Origin: Bdellovibrionales bacterium
GTDB lineage: Bacteria > Bdellovibrionota > FAC87 > UBA2466
Assembly (NCBI GenBank): GCA_009692515.1
Contig: SHZA01000005.1
Span: 2,517-66,516 of the forward strand
Direction of reading: 5' to 3'
Length of the DNA stretch: 64,000 nucleotides
Position 1 is the stretch's first letter. Each line of letters starts with the position of its first letter. Under the pieces are notes generated by a model. The model was not told the DNA's origin, did not search any database, and saw only the letters and a list, made by a program, of their open reading frames with translations. Made by a program: the position numbers and the translations under genes. Of the stretch, positions 33,928-44,191 are shown piece after piece.

Positions 33928-35454
33928 GTGATTCAAGAAAAAATAGAGTATCCCAGGTTATCTGGGATACTCCTCTCTCTAGGTCCCTTCGCCCTCTTCT
34001 TTATTGCTATGAGCATTCGAACAAAAATTATTGGCTCCTTTTTTTCGGTTCTCGTTCTTTTCGGAGCGGTGTCATCGTATACCTACATCCAATCCCGCCA
34101 AATTAATCGGCAGCTCTCAATGCTCAGTGAGCTATTTCTTCCTCTTTCTCGCCAGATGCTCCAGATTCAGGTGGGAACGCAAAATCTAGCCGAAGAGATT
34201 CACCACTACTATTCTGACGGTGAGCCAGCAAGTGATCGGAGCACCTTTTCTAGAATGGCCAGAGACCTTTACCCCTACGCCATTCAAAAAAAATTCATGA
34301 TAGCAGAGCAGTTACTTATAAGTTTTGAGGGAACCTCCAATAAAAGCATCGCACAAATGACCCTGTTACTCACAGAATTAAAAGAAAACTTCGATGCCTT
34401 AATCAATGCGAAACAAAAAGCACAATTCGACGCACAATTTATTATTTTTAAAAAGAAGCTACAGGGGTTCTCCAAAAAAATTGATGACGAATGTGAAAAA
34501 ACAACGACGGCAGCAAAAGCGATAGGTCAGGAAAGCCATCTTACTACGGTAGGGCTCTCTTTTTTACTGCTGTTTCTGGGGCTTTTTTGTCTCGTTATCT
34601 CCTATCAGGTGCTAAACCCACTTCCTCATCTTATTCAAAGCCTCAAAAAACTTACGGGTGGAGATTTTGATCAAAATATAAAGGTAAAAACGTCAGAAAA
34701 AGACGAAATAAGTCAGCTGGCTAGAGAGTTTAATCGCATGTTGGGCGCACTAAAGGATCGGGATCACAAAATTAAGGGGCAGCAAAAAGAGCTCTTACAA
34801 TCGGCGAAGTTGGCGGCTATCGGGCAGCTTTCTGCCGAGGTGGTTCACGAAATTAGAAATCCCCTTAACTCCATTAATCTAAATATCGATTGGCTGGCCT
34901 CAGAAATCAAAGATTCAAACCCAGAAATAAAAAAAACCATAGAGAGCATTTCCAGGGAGATAGAACGACTCGCACAAATCACAGAAAGTTATTTAGTCAG
35001 GGCGAGAGTTAAAGAGAAGACAGGGAAAACTACCGAGGTTAATGAGTTGCTCCAAGAGCTTATTCATTTTGAACGTGGAGAGACCAGAAACGTAGTTATT
35101 GAAACCGAGTTTGAGCCGGGGGAAATTTATATTCAAAGCGACCGCTCCAGAATTAAACAGGCCTTCATAAATATTTTGAAAAATGCGAAAGAGGCCATGC
35201 CACAAGGCGGGAAAATTAGAGTAAAAACGGTGGTTACAGAGGAGCATATGCAGGTTGTTTTTTCCGATTCCGGCATGGGAATGACCGCTGAAACAAAAGC
35301 CAAAACCTTCACCCCCTTCTTTACGACCAAACCTAACGGAACAGGTTTGGGACTAGCCCTTACCAAGGAAATTATAGAGGCGGCCAAGGGAAGGATTTTG
35401 GTGTCAAGTGAGTTGGGCATTGGCACTACATTTACCTGTCAGTTTTCACGTTAA
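33928..35454 (+). CDS. sensor histidine kinase (2 TM, HAMP, HisKA, HATPase)
   Basis: The 508-aa ORF has an H-box (HEIRNPLNSI) and G-boxes (GMGMT...GTGLGLAL). Confidence 0.85.
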   Translation: MIQEKIEYPRLSGILLSLGPFALFFIAMSIRTKIIGSFFSVLVLFGAVSSYTYIQSRQINRQLSMLSELFLPLSRQMLQIQVGTQNLAEEIHHYYSDGEPASDRSTFSRMARDLYPYAIQKKFMIAEQLLISFEGTSNKSIAQMTLLLTELKENFDALINAKQKAQFDAQFIIFKKKLQGFSKKIDDECEKTTTAAKAIGQESHLTTVGLSFLLLFLGLFCLVISYQVLNPLPHLIQSLKKLTGGDFDQNIKVKTSEKDEISQLAREFNRMLGALKDRDHKIKGQQKELLQSAKLAAIGQLSAEVVHEIRNPLNSINLNIDWLASEIKDSNPEIKKTIESISREIERLAQITESYLVRARVKEKTGKTTEVNELLQELIHFERGETRNVVIETEFEPGEIYIQSDRSRIKQAFINILKNAKEAMPQGGKIRVKTVVTEEHMQVVFSDSGMGMTAETKAKTFTPFFTTKPNGTGLGLALTKEIIEAAKGRILVSSELGIGTTFTCQFSR

Positions 35455-35464
35455 AGGATACTTC

Positions 35465-36919
35465 ATGAAAGAAAATTATCGTGTCGTTGTGGTCGATGAT
35501 GAGGCCGCTAATCTTGAGTCTTTGGAGCGAATACTAAAAAGTGACGGCGCCAACGTCTCTGTTTTTTCTGACCCCCAGGAGGCTCTATTACATTTAAGAA
35601 CCGGTCTCGCGGATGTGTTATTAACCGATCTCCGCATGAAGTCATGGAGCGGAATGGATCTTTTAGATGCCGTAAAGGCCTTAGACTCGTCGATTGAAGT
35701 GATCATGATGACAGCCTTTGGAACGGTCGAGATTGCCGTTGAAGCGATGAAAAGAGGATCTCATGATTTTATTACAAAACCCCTTCAACGAATTCAGGTT
35801 TTAAAGGCCATTCATCGCGCTCTAGATCGGCGGCAACTGGTTTTGGAAAACACGCGACTTAAAGCCGCCGTCTTTGAAGCGAGCCATGGTGCAGATCGAA
35901 ATATTATTGGGAGATCTCAGGCGATTGGAGGCATGATGGAGGTGGCTCTTCGGGCCGCAAGAAGTCGCGCGAATGTTCTTATCGACGGAGAAAGTGGCAC
36001 GGGCAAGGGGCTTCTAGCGCAGTATATTCATGACAATAGCGAGGCCGCTCTTTTGAAAAAAGGGGGTTTCGTTAAAATTAATTGCGCAGCAATTCCTGAT
36101 AATTTATTAGAGGCGGAACTTTTCGGATACGAGCCAGGAGCCTTCACCGGCGCGAACAAAAAAAAACAGGGCAGAGTCGAATTGGCCCATGAGGGCACTC
36201 TTTTCTTAGATGAGATTGGAATTGCACCCCCCACTCTTCAAAGTAAATTACTAAGGTTTTTACAAGAGGGAGAGTTTGAGCGTCTGGGTAGTAATGATAC
36301 TATCAAAATTCAAACCCGAGTTATTAGCGCGACTAACGTGGATCTCAAAGCGGCCATTACCAATCGGCAGTTTCGAGAGGATCTGTTTTATCGTTTAAAT
36401 GTATTACACATTAAAATTCCAGCTCTTCGTGAACGAACCGAGGACATCCCATTGCTAGTCGCCCAATTCTTAGAGGTCGCGGCACGAAAAAATGGCCGGC
36501 CCGTTCCTCTAATTCACGCAGATGTGTTTGAGGTGTTGTCGCATCATGATTGGCCCGGAAACATTAGAGAGCTGCAAAACTTAATAGAACGGCTGGTAGT
36601 TTTAAATACAAGTGGTGAAGTGAAACTGGAGAACCTACCCCAAGAGTTTGGCTGCGGAAAAAAGGATAATGTGATTCGGGTCCCCATTGGCCTCCCACTT
36701 AAAAAGGTAGAGGGTTTATTATTTAAGGAAACGCTTAAGGCAACTAAAGGAGACAAAAAAGTTGCCGCCTTTCTTTTGGGAGTTCATCCAAGAACCATCT
36801 ATCGTTACTTAGAGCAACAACAGGTAACCACGACAGAAAAACCTACAGGTACCGATGCTTTAATTCCCCGGACCAAAGAAGTTGATGAGCCCACAGAAAA
36901 ACAGTTCAACTTACCCTAA
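35465..36919 (+). CDS. sigma-54-dependent response regulator (NtrC family)
   Basis: The ORF has a receiver domain (VVVVDDE), AAA+ Walker A (GESGTGKG), a GAFTGA motif and a C-terminal HTH. It starts at the ATG at 35465; the track ORF begins at 35408. Confidence 0.9.
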   Translation: MKENYRVVVVDDEAANLESLERILKSDGANVSVFSDPQEALLHLRTGLADVLLTDLRMKSWSGMDLLDAVKALDSSIEVIMMTAFGTVEIAVEAMKRGSHDFITKPLQRIQVLKAIHRALDRRQLVLENTRLKAAVFEASHGADRNIIGRSQAIGGMMEVALRAARSRANVLIDGESGTGKGLLAQYIHDNSEAALLKKGGFVKINCAAIPDNLLEAELFGYEPGAFTGANKKKQGRVELAHEGTLFLDEIGIAPPTLQSKLLRFLQEGEFERLGSNDTIKIQTRVISATNVDLKAAITNRQFREDLFYRLNVLHIKIPALRERTEDIPLLVAQFLEVAARKNGRPVPLIHADVFEVLSHHDWPGNIRELQNLIERLVVLNTSGEVKLENLPQEFGCGKKDNVIRVPIGLPLKKVEGLLFKETLKATKGDKKVAAFLLGVHPRTIYRYLEQQQVTTTEKPTGTDALIPRTKEVDEPTEKQFNLP

Positions 36920-36940
36920 TCGTAGGGTAGACACGAGACT

Positions 36941-38023
36941 ATGAGTATTGGGTTAATAATTACAGTTTTAGTGGTTTCGGGTCTTGGCGGCACAGGAGTT
37001 TTCTTTTTTAAAAAAAGAAGGGGCACCCGGTCTGCGAAAACCGATCTTACTCCCAACAGCGCCGTTCTCACCTCCCCACCGCGCGGAACTTTCTCCTCGA
37101 TATCGAATCCGCAACCTTCCTCGGGCCTTGACAAAAAATTAGAAAAAACAAGAGGATCACTTTTTGGAAAGCTTGCCCAGTTTTTAAGTAAAGGGGCAGA
37201 TGGCAGTGTTAGTGATTCCGATTGGGATAGCATTGAAGAGGTTTTCTTGGCGGCAGATGTGGGACACGGGACTTCACAAATTCTTTTGAGTGCCGCAAGA
37301 GAGGCACTTAAAACAGCAAAACCGAAAGAGTTGAAGGAGATTTTACGAGAGGTCAGCGGTAGTTTTTTTTCATCGCAAGCTCACGGTGAATTACACATTC
37401 AGACAGAGATTAAGCCCCTAGTTATTAGTATCGTCGGAGTCAATGGCGCTGGAAAAACGACCACCATTGGAAAACTTGCGTATCAACTTCAAAAATCTGG
37501 ACGAACGGTATTGTTAGGAGCGGTGGACACCTTTCGAGCGGGAGCTATTTCGCAATTAAAGGTATGGGCAGATCGTACGGGGGCTCAGTTTGTAACCGGC
37601 AGAGAGGGCGCAGATCCCGGTGCGGTGGCCTTTGATTCGGTGACCGCCGCAAAGGCCAGAGGACTGGATATTGTTTTGTTAGACACGGCGGGAAGACTTC
37701 ACACCAAATCAAATTTAATGGAAGAGCTAAAAAAAATTCACAGAGTAGTTAAAAAGGTAATACCCGAAGCTCCCCATGAGACATGGTTAGTTATCGATGG
37801 AACGCTAGGACAAAACTCTGTCATTCAGGCCAAGGAATTTCAAAAGGCGATCCCTTTAACAGGGGTAATTATTACAAAACTAGATGGGACGGCTAAAGGT
37901 GGCGCGGTTTTGGCTATCGCGGCGGAACTAAAACTTCCTATTCGATATATTGGAATAGGAGAATCGGTTGAGGACCTGACTCCTTTCGAGCCTAAAGCAT
38001 TTGTTGATGCTATATTAGGATAA
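36941..38023 (+). CDS. ftsY: signal recognition particle receptor FtsY
   Basis: The 360-aa ORF has an N-terminal TM segment and an NG domain (GVNGAGKTTTIGKLA, DTAGR). Confidence 0.9.
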   Translation: MSIGLIITVLVVSGLGGTGVFFFKKRRGTRSAKTDLTPNSAVLTSPPRGTFSSISNPQPSSGLDKKLEKTRGSLFGKLAQFLSKGADGSVSDSDWDSIEEVFLAADVGHGTSQILLSAAREALKTAKPKELKEILREVSGSFFSSQAHGELHIQTEIKPLVISIVGVNGAGKTTTIGKLAYQLQKSGRTVLLGAVDTFRAGAISQLKVWADRTGAQFVTGREGADPGAVAFDSVTAAKARGLDIVLLDTAGRLHTKSNLMEELKKIHRVVKKVIPEAPHETWLVIDGTLGQNSVIQAKEFQKAIPLTGVIITKLDGTAKGGAVLAIAAELKLPIRYIGIGESVEDLTPFEPKAFVDAILG

Positions 38024-38051
38024 TGTTCAATATAAACTTTCGGAGCTACAA

Positions 38052-39665
38052 GTGAATACAGCCTTCATCACTTTAATGGGCGGTACCGCCCTCATGATTT
38101 TTTCTATCGACGAGATTTCAAAAAGCGTTCGATATTTAGCAGGATCTAAGTTTCGTACTTGGATTAATATGTTTGCCTCTAATCGACTTAGCGCCATTCT
38201 TTTGGGACTCGTTTTATCGCTATTGTTAAGTAGTAGTGGAGCGGTGACCGTTATGTTAGTGGGGCTTGCCAATGCGAGGCTACTGACTCTGGAGCAGGTT
38301 TTTGCGGTCACCTTAGGGGCCTCTATTGGCACTACTTTTATTGTTCATTTATTTGCCTTTAATGTTTCACAATATGGGTTGTTAATTATTGCTGCGGGGG
38401 TGACACTTGAAGCCGTCTCCAGTTCAGACAGGCTCACCCGTATTGCTAAAGGGCTTCTGTATCTTGGAATTATGTTTTTCTCGATGTCTCTAGTTGTGAG
38501 TGCTGGAAAAGAGATGGAACACAACGAGCTCTTTAAATATATTTTAGAGTATTTCAGAGATCGTCCCTTTGCCTCTCTTGTTTTAGCCGCTATTTTTACA
38601 GCGGGAATTCATAGTAGTGCCGCAACAATTGCTTTTATGATGTCTTTGATGGTGGCCAGACATGCCAGTGTTTACGAGGCTATTCCCTGGATCTTGGGAG
38701 CCAATTTAGGAACGACAACGACCGCATTTTACGCCAGTTTTAAAACGGGCTCACTTGGGAAACAGGCGGCGCTAGGGCATCTGTTTTGTAAGGTTGTAGG
38801 TGTGGCGATCTGTTTTCCACTGATGGGTCCATTGGGAAAACTAGCAGAATATATTGGTGGCGATGTGAGTCGACAAATTGCAACCACGCACACGCTATTT
38901 AATGTGTTTCTTGCGATATTATTTTTCCCTTTTATTACTTGGGGTGTCGCCTTTGTTAAAAAAATAGTTTCTGATAAAGATGAAAAAGGAGAGTTTTCAT
39001 TCCATTACTTAGATCCGAGAACATTAGAATCTCCTGAGTTGGCATTGGCGCAAGCACAAAGAGAGATCTTAAGATTGTCCGATATTGTTGAAAAGATGCT
39101 GACAAAAAGCATTACGTTGTTTGAACCCGGAAGACTTGGCCAGGTAGAGTCGGTAAAGGCAATGGATAAGCTTGCAGACTTTTTAAACCGCGGAATCAAA
39201 TTGTATCTGACGAAGCTTTCTCAAAAAGACATGACCCCCGAACAGGTACAACGAGAGTTTGAGCTTCTTTTAAGAACAAATGACATGGAAAACATAGGGG
39301 ATATTGTAGATAAAAATATTTTAGAGTTGGTCAAAAAGAAACATAAAAAAGGATATGTATTCTCGAAAGAGGGTTGGACCGAAATCACGGGGTTTCATGA
39401 AAAGGTTGTTGAGTGTGTTAGAGTTTCGACAGCTTTTTTTACCTCGAGAGATCCCGCTCTTAATGCCAGACTGGCTATTTTAAAGGAACAGATTGGGGAT
39501 CTATTAATAGACCTGAGTGAGCAACATGTTCAACGGCTTCACCGAGGCGTCAAAGAAAGCCTTGATACCACCTCCGTTCACTTAGATTTACTTGGCAATC
39601 TGCAACACATCTCAGTCTTGGCTACAAACTTTACAAGGTTCAATAGTACAAAAGGGACCACCTGA
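38052..39665 (+). CDS. Na/Pi cotransporter family protein with C-terminal PhoU-like domain
   Basis: The 537-aa ORF has a duplicated NptA-type core (SSSGAVTVMLVGL...GASIGTT). Confidence 0.8.
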   Translation: MNTAFITLMGGTALMIFSIDEISKSVRYLAGSKFRTWINMFASNRLSAILLGLVLSLLLSSSGAVTVMLVGLANARLLTLEQVFAVTLGASIGTTFIVHLFAFNVSQYGLLIIAAGVTLEAVSSSDRLTRIAKGLLYLGIMFFSMSLVVSAGKEMEHNELFKYILEYFRDRPFASLVLAAIFTAGIHSSAATIAFMMSLMVARHASVYEAIPWILGANLGTTTTAFYASFKTGSLGKQAALGHLFCKVVGVAICFPLMGPLGKLAEYIGGDVSRQIATTHTLFNVFLAILFFPFITWGVAFVKKIVSDKDEKGEFSFHYLDPRTLESPELALAQAQREILRLSDIVEKMLTKSITLFEPGRLGQVESVKAMDKLADFLNRGIKLYLTKLSQKDMTPEQVQREFELLLRTNDMENIGDIVDKNILELVKKKHKKGYVFSKEGWTEITGFHEKVVECVRVSTAFFTSRDPALNARLAILKEQIGDLLIDLSEQHVQRLHRGVKESLDTTSVHLDLLGNLQHISVLATNFTRFNSTKGTT

Positions 39666-39753
39666 TTTGTGGTGCTCCGCAATAAGGCAGTCTAATCCCA
39701 TTGTTATTGAACATCAGGATGCAATCTGTGCCTTGAACAAGTAAAATATTAGA

Positions 39754-42700
39754 GTGAGTAAAAACCCTAAAACCCAATACAAAATAAGAAATGAGCAGAA
39801 CACTATTGTCGGCACTTATGCCGAGGAAGATATTGTATCTCGTATTGCAGCGGGTAAATATAAGGGCATCGAAGAGGTTTCTGTAGAGCCGTATGTCAAT
39901 TGGCAGAAACTAGGATCTCATCCAGCCTTTTATGACGCCTTTCTTCGCAGGCTTTTTGTTTCAGAATATCAAGCGGTCGCAAAAGAGGATGGGGTTGCTA
40001 ACAATAACGAGAAAAAAGGGCCCATTAAATCCTTGGGAAGTGGGATTAATTCCGCTAGCAGTAAAGCAGAAATAAAAAACAATCTAAAATCCTTTGAGGT
40101 TGAAAATGATAAGGCTCAGGCGACACAGCAGTTGCTCACCGAGCGAAATAATGCCCAAGAAGAGCTTAGTGCACAGCATGAACTTGAGAAACTCCTTCTC
40201 GACAATCCAGTTGATGGCTCGGTCCTTAAGGATCCTATTGAAGAGTTGGAGTTAATTTTTGATCAAAATGACAATCAGCAGAGTCCACCAATTGAAGACC
40301 CGCTAAAATTTGAGCTGCCGAAAGAAGAAACTCTTTCAGGGATCAAACTATTTACTCCTCTGGATACAGGCGTTCCGGCGATTGAGAAAAAAACGAAACA
40401 AAGAAAAAAGTTGATAGCGGCTAGTGTCGGCCTAGGACTCGGATTTTTATATTTAATGGGGCAATCGGGTCCTGAGACCCTTCCCGTTTCTGTGGCACTA
40501 GAAAAGGGGAGCTCACTTGGATATACCTCGGGTGGGTACGCGTTAACTGCGATTAATAAAGAGGAGTTAATTTCGGCTTTAATCGACGAGGCAGCTCATT
40601 TTTATGATTTAGATACGCCCCTTCACTATGAAGGGGCCCTTTCTTTGTTTAAGGAGGCAAGTGGATTGCGTCCTGAAGATCCTGCGTTGCTGGCCTGGGT
40701 AGTATCTGCTGAGGCACATCTATGGGAAGGAAAGTTAAATGACTCGAAGGCGACGGCCGAGCTCACTAATCTAATCGAGAAAGGAAGGGTTGCGGATCCG
40801 CAACTCAGCGCCTTCTACCGCGCGGAAGCTCTAATGGCATATGCCCAAAAAAACTTTGATGTTGCAGTTGAAAAGGTGGGTTACGCCACAGAGTCCGATC
40901 CGCTGGATTTAGAATCGGGAGTTTTGCAGGCTGAGTTTTTAAATGCAAGTGGGGATACTAACCAAGCAAAAATGGTGATTGAGAATGTGATTTTGCAGCG
41001 CCCAACTCAAGTCCACGCCTATTTTGTGGCGGCTCAAAATGCGCTGGACATGAGTGATTTAGTTCGCGCAGAAGAGCGAGCAAAACAGGCGCTTTCGATT
41101 AATCCCATGCACGCCAATACCCATTATGTTTTGGCGGAAATATATCAGCGAAAAGGAAGTCTGGGGCCCGCGATTGCACACTTTGACTTAGTCACAAAAC
41201 TTGCGCCGCTAGCCACCCAGTCGATTTTAGCAGATGCCCACTTCAGTCTAGGCAAGCTTCTCGAGGAGCAGGGGAATACTGCTGAGGCTGAAAAACACAA
41301 CTCTTTAGCCTTTTATTTTTCAAAGGGACTCACTCCTGGACTGAGTAAAAAAGTTTCTAATATCTCATTGGATGACGAAAAATTAAAAAAGCTGGCACAG
41401 GAATCTTCATATGGTCGAATTTTTTACGATTCACGTGCAGAGGAGCTGTTAAGTGAAGGAGAGTGGCTGCGGGGCCTAGGATACCTGCAAGTGGCAAGAC
41501 TTCTTGAACCCAAAGATCCTGACGCTTTAGTTCGTGTTGCTGATGTTGTAGAAAAGCGCGCCACCTCCTATAAAAAACTAAAACGCGCCGAAATTCTTTA
41601 CGAAAGAGCGATTGAGATCGACCCCTTTTATTTAGACAGCTATATTAAATTAGCTGAAATTGAGAGCTCGCAATATAACTTCGACAAAGCCTATCAACTG
41701 CTTTCTCGTGCAGCCGAGGTGTTGGGGATTGAGGGATTAAATTCATTTGTAAATAATGGGTGTAAAGGAAATTTTAATCACTCTAATAAGGCGAAAGATG
41801 AGTACAAAGTTTTTCTCGGCCTTGGGAAACAATTTTTTAAAAGAGAAAACTTCCCCTGTACGGGAGCCTTCTTAGCCTACGCAAGAAGTGAAAGCCCAGT
41901 GAACTCCGATATCTTTTTTTATCAGGCAAAACTTGAGGAGATATATAAAAAAGATGCCGCTCAAGCAGCAGCCATCTCCTATTATCAGTCTTTTACTATC
42001 GATAGTGGTAATTATGAAGCCTTGGCTGGATGGGCCAGAGTAAAAGTTAAGCAGGGCGAAAAAAATTACGCGATAAAGTTTGTGCGCGCTCTGCTGGAGG
42101 CCGAGTCACAAAACGCCAAACTTTTTTGGGTGTTAGGAGAGATCTACTCTGAAAACCAAGAGTATCAGAGATCAATTACTTTTTATAAAAAGGCCCTTGA
42201 TTATAATTCACAATTCTCAGGAGCCAGAATCTCTATGGCGAGATCGCTCTCTGCCACAGGCCAAAATCTGCAGGCAATTAGGGAATTTATTTTTGCGGCA
42301 GAAACCGACAGAAGAAAGGTCATAGGTTATTTCGAGGCGGCGCAATTACAAACTATCAATCGAAGATATCAAGAGGCTGAATCTCTTGTGTCAAAGCTCA
42401 TCCAAGCGACCCCTAATTTTCCGGGGGCCCATCGATTGCTGTCTCAGATTTATCAGTTTTCAGCTAAAAATACCGAGGCCATTGCAGAAATGGTAACTGA
42501 GGTAGAGAACAATCCCCAAAATACGAAATTTCTAATCGAGCTAGGCGAACTTTATATGAAGTACCAAAAACAGCAGGAGGCTATCGTCGTATTGGCTAAG
42601 GTGACTCATCTCCCAGACGAGAAACTAGCACCTGAATTTCGGGTCGAACGAACAAAGGCATTTCTATTACTGTCTCGGTGCTATCGTTTTTTGAAGCGAC

Positions 42701-42909
42701 CGGATAATGCAGAGAGCGCGATACATCTCGCACTGGAAATTGATTATAATGATCCTGAGCTGCATAGAGAGTTAGGATATGTTTTTAATGATCTCCAAAG
42801 GTATCGCGAGGGAGTAAAAGAATTTGAAATTTATTTGGAGCGCAATCCGGCTGGCGTCGACGCTGAAAATATTAAAAAGCTGATCAAGGTAATGGTAATC
42901 GAAGATTAG
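39754..42909 (+). CDS. large TPR-repeat protein with N-terminal DUF4339-like domain and one TM segment
   Basis: The 1051-aa ORF starts with GTG. Its N-terminal ~60 aa (YKIRNEQ..GTYAEEDI...VNWQKL) are followed by a charged linker, a TM segment (LIAASVGLGLGFLYL) and many TPR repeats. Confidence 0.7.
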   Translation: MSKNPKTQYKIRNEQNTIVGTYAEEDIVSRIAAGKYKGIEEVSVEPYVNWQKLGSHPAFYDAFLRRLFVSEYQAVAKEDGVANNNEKKGPIKSLGSGINSASSKAEIKNNLKSFEVENDKAQATQQLLTERNNAQEELSAQHELEKLLLDNPVDGSVLKDPIEELELIFDQNDNQQSPPIEDPLKFELPKEETLSGIKLFTPLDTGVPAIEKKTKQRKKLIAASVGLGLGFLYLMGQSGPETLPVSVALEKGSSLGYTSGGYALTAINKEELISALIDEAAHFYDLDTPLHYEGALSLFKEASGLRPEDPALLAWVVSAEAHLWEGKLNDSKATAELTNLIEKGRVADPQLSAFYRAEALMAYAQKNFDVAVEKVGYATESDPLDLESGVLQAEFLNASGDTNQAKMVIENVILQRPTQVHAYFVAAQNALDMSDLVRAEERAKQALSINPMHANTHYVLAEIYQRKGSLGPAIAHFDLVTKLAPLATQSILADAHFSLGKLLEEQGNTAEAEKHNSLAFYFSKGLTPGLSKKVSNISLDDEKLKKLAQESSYGRIFYDSRAEELLSEGEWLRGLGYLQVARLLEPKDPDALVRVADVVEKRATSYKKLKRAEILYERAIEIDPFYLDSYIKLAEIESSQYNFDKAYQLLSRAAEVLGIEGLNSFVNNGCKGNFNHSNKAKDEYKVFLGLGKQFFKRENFPCTGAFLAYARSESPVNSDIFFYQAKLEEIYKKDAAQAAAISYYQSFTIDSGNYEALAGWARVKVKQGEKNYAIKFVRALLEAESQNAKLFWVLGEIYSENQEYQRSITFYKKALDYNSQFSGARISMARSLSATGQNLQAIREFIFAAETDRRKVIGYFEAAQLQTINRRYQEAESLVSKLIQATPNFPGAHRLLSQIYQFSAKNTEAIAEMVTEVENNPQNTKFLIELGELYMKYQKQQEAIVVLAKVTHLPDEKLAPEFRVERTKAFLLLSRCYRFLKRPDNAESAIHLALEIDYNDPELHRELGYVFNDLQRYREGVKEFEIYLERNPAGVDAENIKKLIKVMVIED

Positions 42910-42924
42910 AATACTGAGGAAATT

Positions 42925-44181
42925 ATGATTGATTTAAAGGTATTGGTGAGTGAACCCGAAAAGGTCCGCGAGTCGTTTAAAAAAAGAAATAACGACAAAT
43001 TAATCTCAGCGCTTGACCAGGTGATCGAGCTAGATAAAAAACGCCGTTCAGGATTGCAAGAGGTTGAGGTTTTAAAGGCGAGAAGAAATGAGGCTTCAGC
43101 ACAGATATCGCAACTCAAAAAAAATAAACAGGACGACTCTGTAATTTTAGAGGAGATGAAAGCGGTCTCAAAAAAAATAAAAGAGTTAGATGAAGCGGTA
43201 TCCGAAATTCAGAATGAACTAAATAGGTTTCTCTTAGAGTTCCCAAATATTGCAGATGTGAGTGTGCCATCTGGTAGCAGTAGTGAGCAGAATATAGAGG
43301 TGAAGAGATGGGGTGATCCTCAGACATTTTCATTTCCAGTCAGGTCCCATGATGAAATTGGGGAAAAAAGTGGAGTTCTTGATTTTAAGAAGGCCGGAGA
43401 GGTGACCGGAGCGAGATTTGTTTTTTTAAAGGGCCTGGCTGCGCGAATGGAGATGGGACTCATTCAGTTTATGTATCAAACGCACATCAAGGCCGGCTAT
43501 GAACCGATCATTCCTCCGTTCATTGTTAATCGAGATAGTCTTACGGGGACTGGGCAACTTCCGAAATTTGAGGAGGATGTTTTTAAACTTGAGAAGGTAG
43601 ATTACTTTTTAACTCCTACAGCCGAGGTTCCCGTTACTAATTATCACCGCAACGAAATTTTAGAGGAGAGGGCTCTTCCCAAACATTATGTTGCCTATAG
43701 TCCTTGTTTTAGATCCGAGGCTGGCAGCTATGGAAAAGACACTAAGGGCCTAAAACGACAGCACCAGTTTAATAAAGTAGAGCTTGTTAAATTTACGCGC
43801 CCAGAAAACTCGATGAGTGAGCTTGAGTCGATGCTGGAAAGTGCGGAGAAAATTTTGCAACTATTAAAACTTCCCTACCGAGTTATTCTTTTGTGTGGTG
43901 GTGATATGGGCTTTTCTGCAACTAAGACCTACGATATCGAGGTGTGGTCACCTTTTATAAAGGGATACATGGAAATTTCTAGCTGTAGCAACTGTACAGA
44001 CTTTCAAGCGAGACGAGCGAACATTCGTTTCAGAGATACGGCATCGGGAAAGGTTCAGTTTGTACATACCTTGAATGGGTCGGGCTTGGCGGTCGGAAGA
44101 ACTTTATTAGCAATCATGGAAAATTATCAACTAGAAGATGGTACCTTTGAAATCCCAGGAGTGCTAAAGCCCTATATTTGA
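42925..44181 (+). CDS. serS: seryl-tRNA synthetase
   Basis: The 418-aa ORF has an N-terminal coiled-coil arm and class II core motifs. Confidence 0.95.
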   Translation: MIDLKVLVSEPEKVRESFKKRNNDKLISALDQVIELDKKRRSGLQEVEVLKARRNEASAQISQLKKNKQDDSVILEEMKAVSKKIKELDEAVSEIQNELNRFLLEFPNIADVSVPSGSSSEQNIEVKRWGDPQTFSFPVRSHDEIGEKSGVLDFKKAGEVTGARFVFLKGLAARMEMGLIQFMYQTHIKAGYEPIIPPFIVNRDSLTGTGQLPKFEEDVFKLEKVDYFLTPTAEVPVTNYHRNEILEERALPKHYVAYSPCFRSEAGSYGKDTKGLKRQHQFNKVELVKFTRPENSMSELESMLESAEKILQLLKLPYRVILLCGGDMGFSATKTYDIEVWSPFIKGYMEISSCSNCTDFQARRANIRFRDTASGKVQFVHTLNGSGLAVGRTLLAIMENYQLEDGTFEIPGVLKPYI

Positions 44182-44191
44182 AGCTGACCGC

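Noticed and set aside
35425-35445. Sigma-54 promoter-like TGGCAC-N5-TTAC upstream of the NtrC-family regulator
   Set aside because: The -12 element lacks the essential GC (TTAC, not TTGC), and the site is inside the kinase coding sequence. No convincing TGGCAC-N5-TTGC was found elsewhere by eye.
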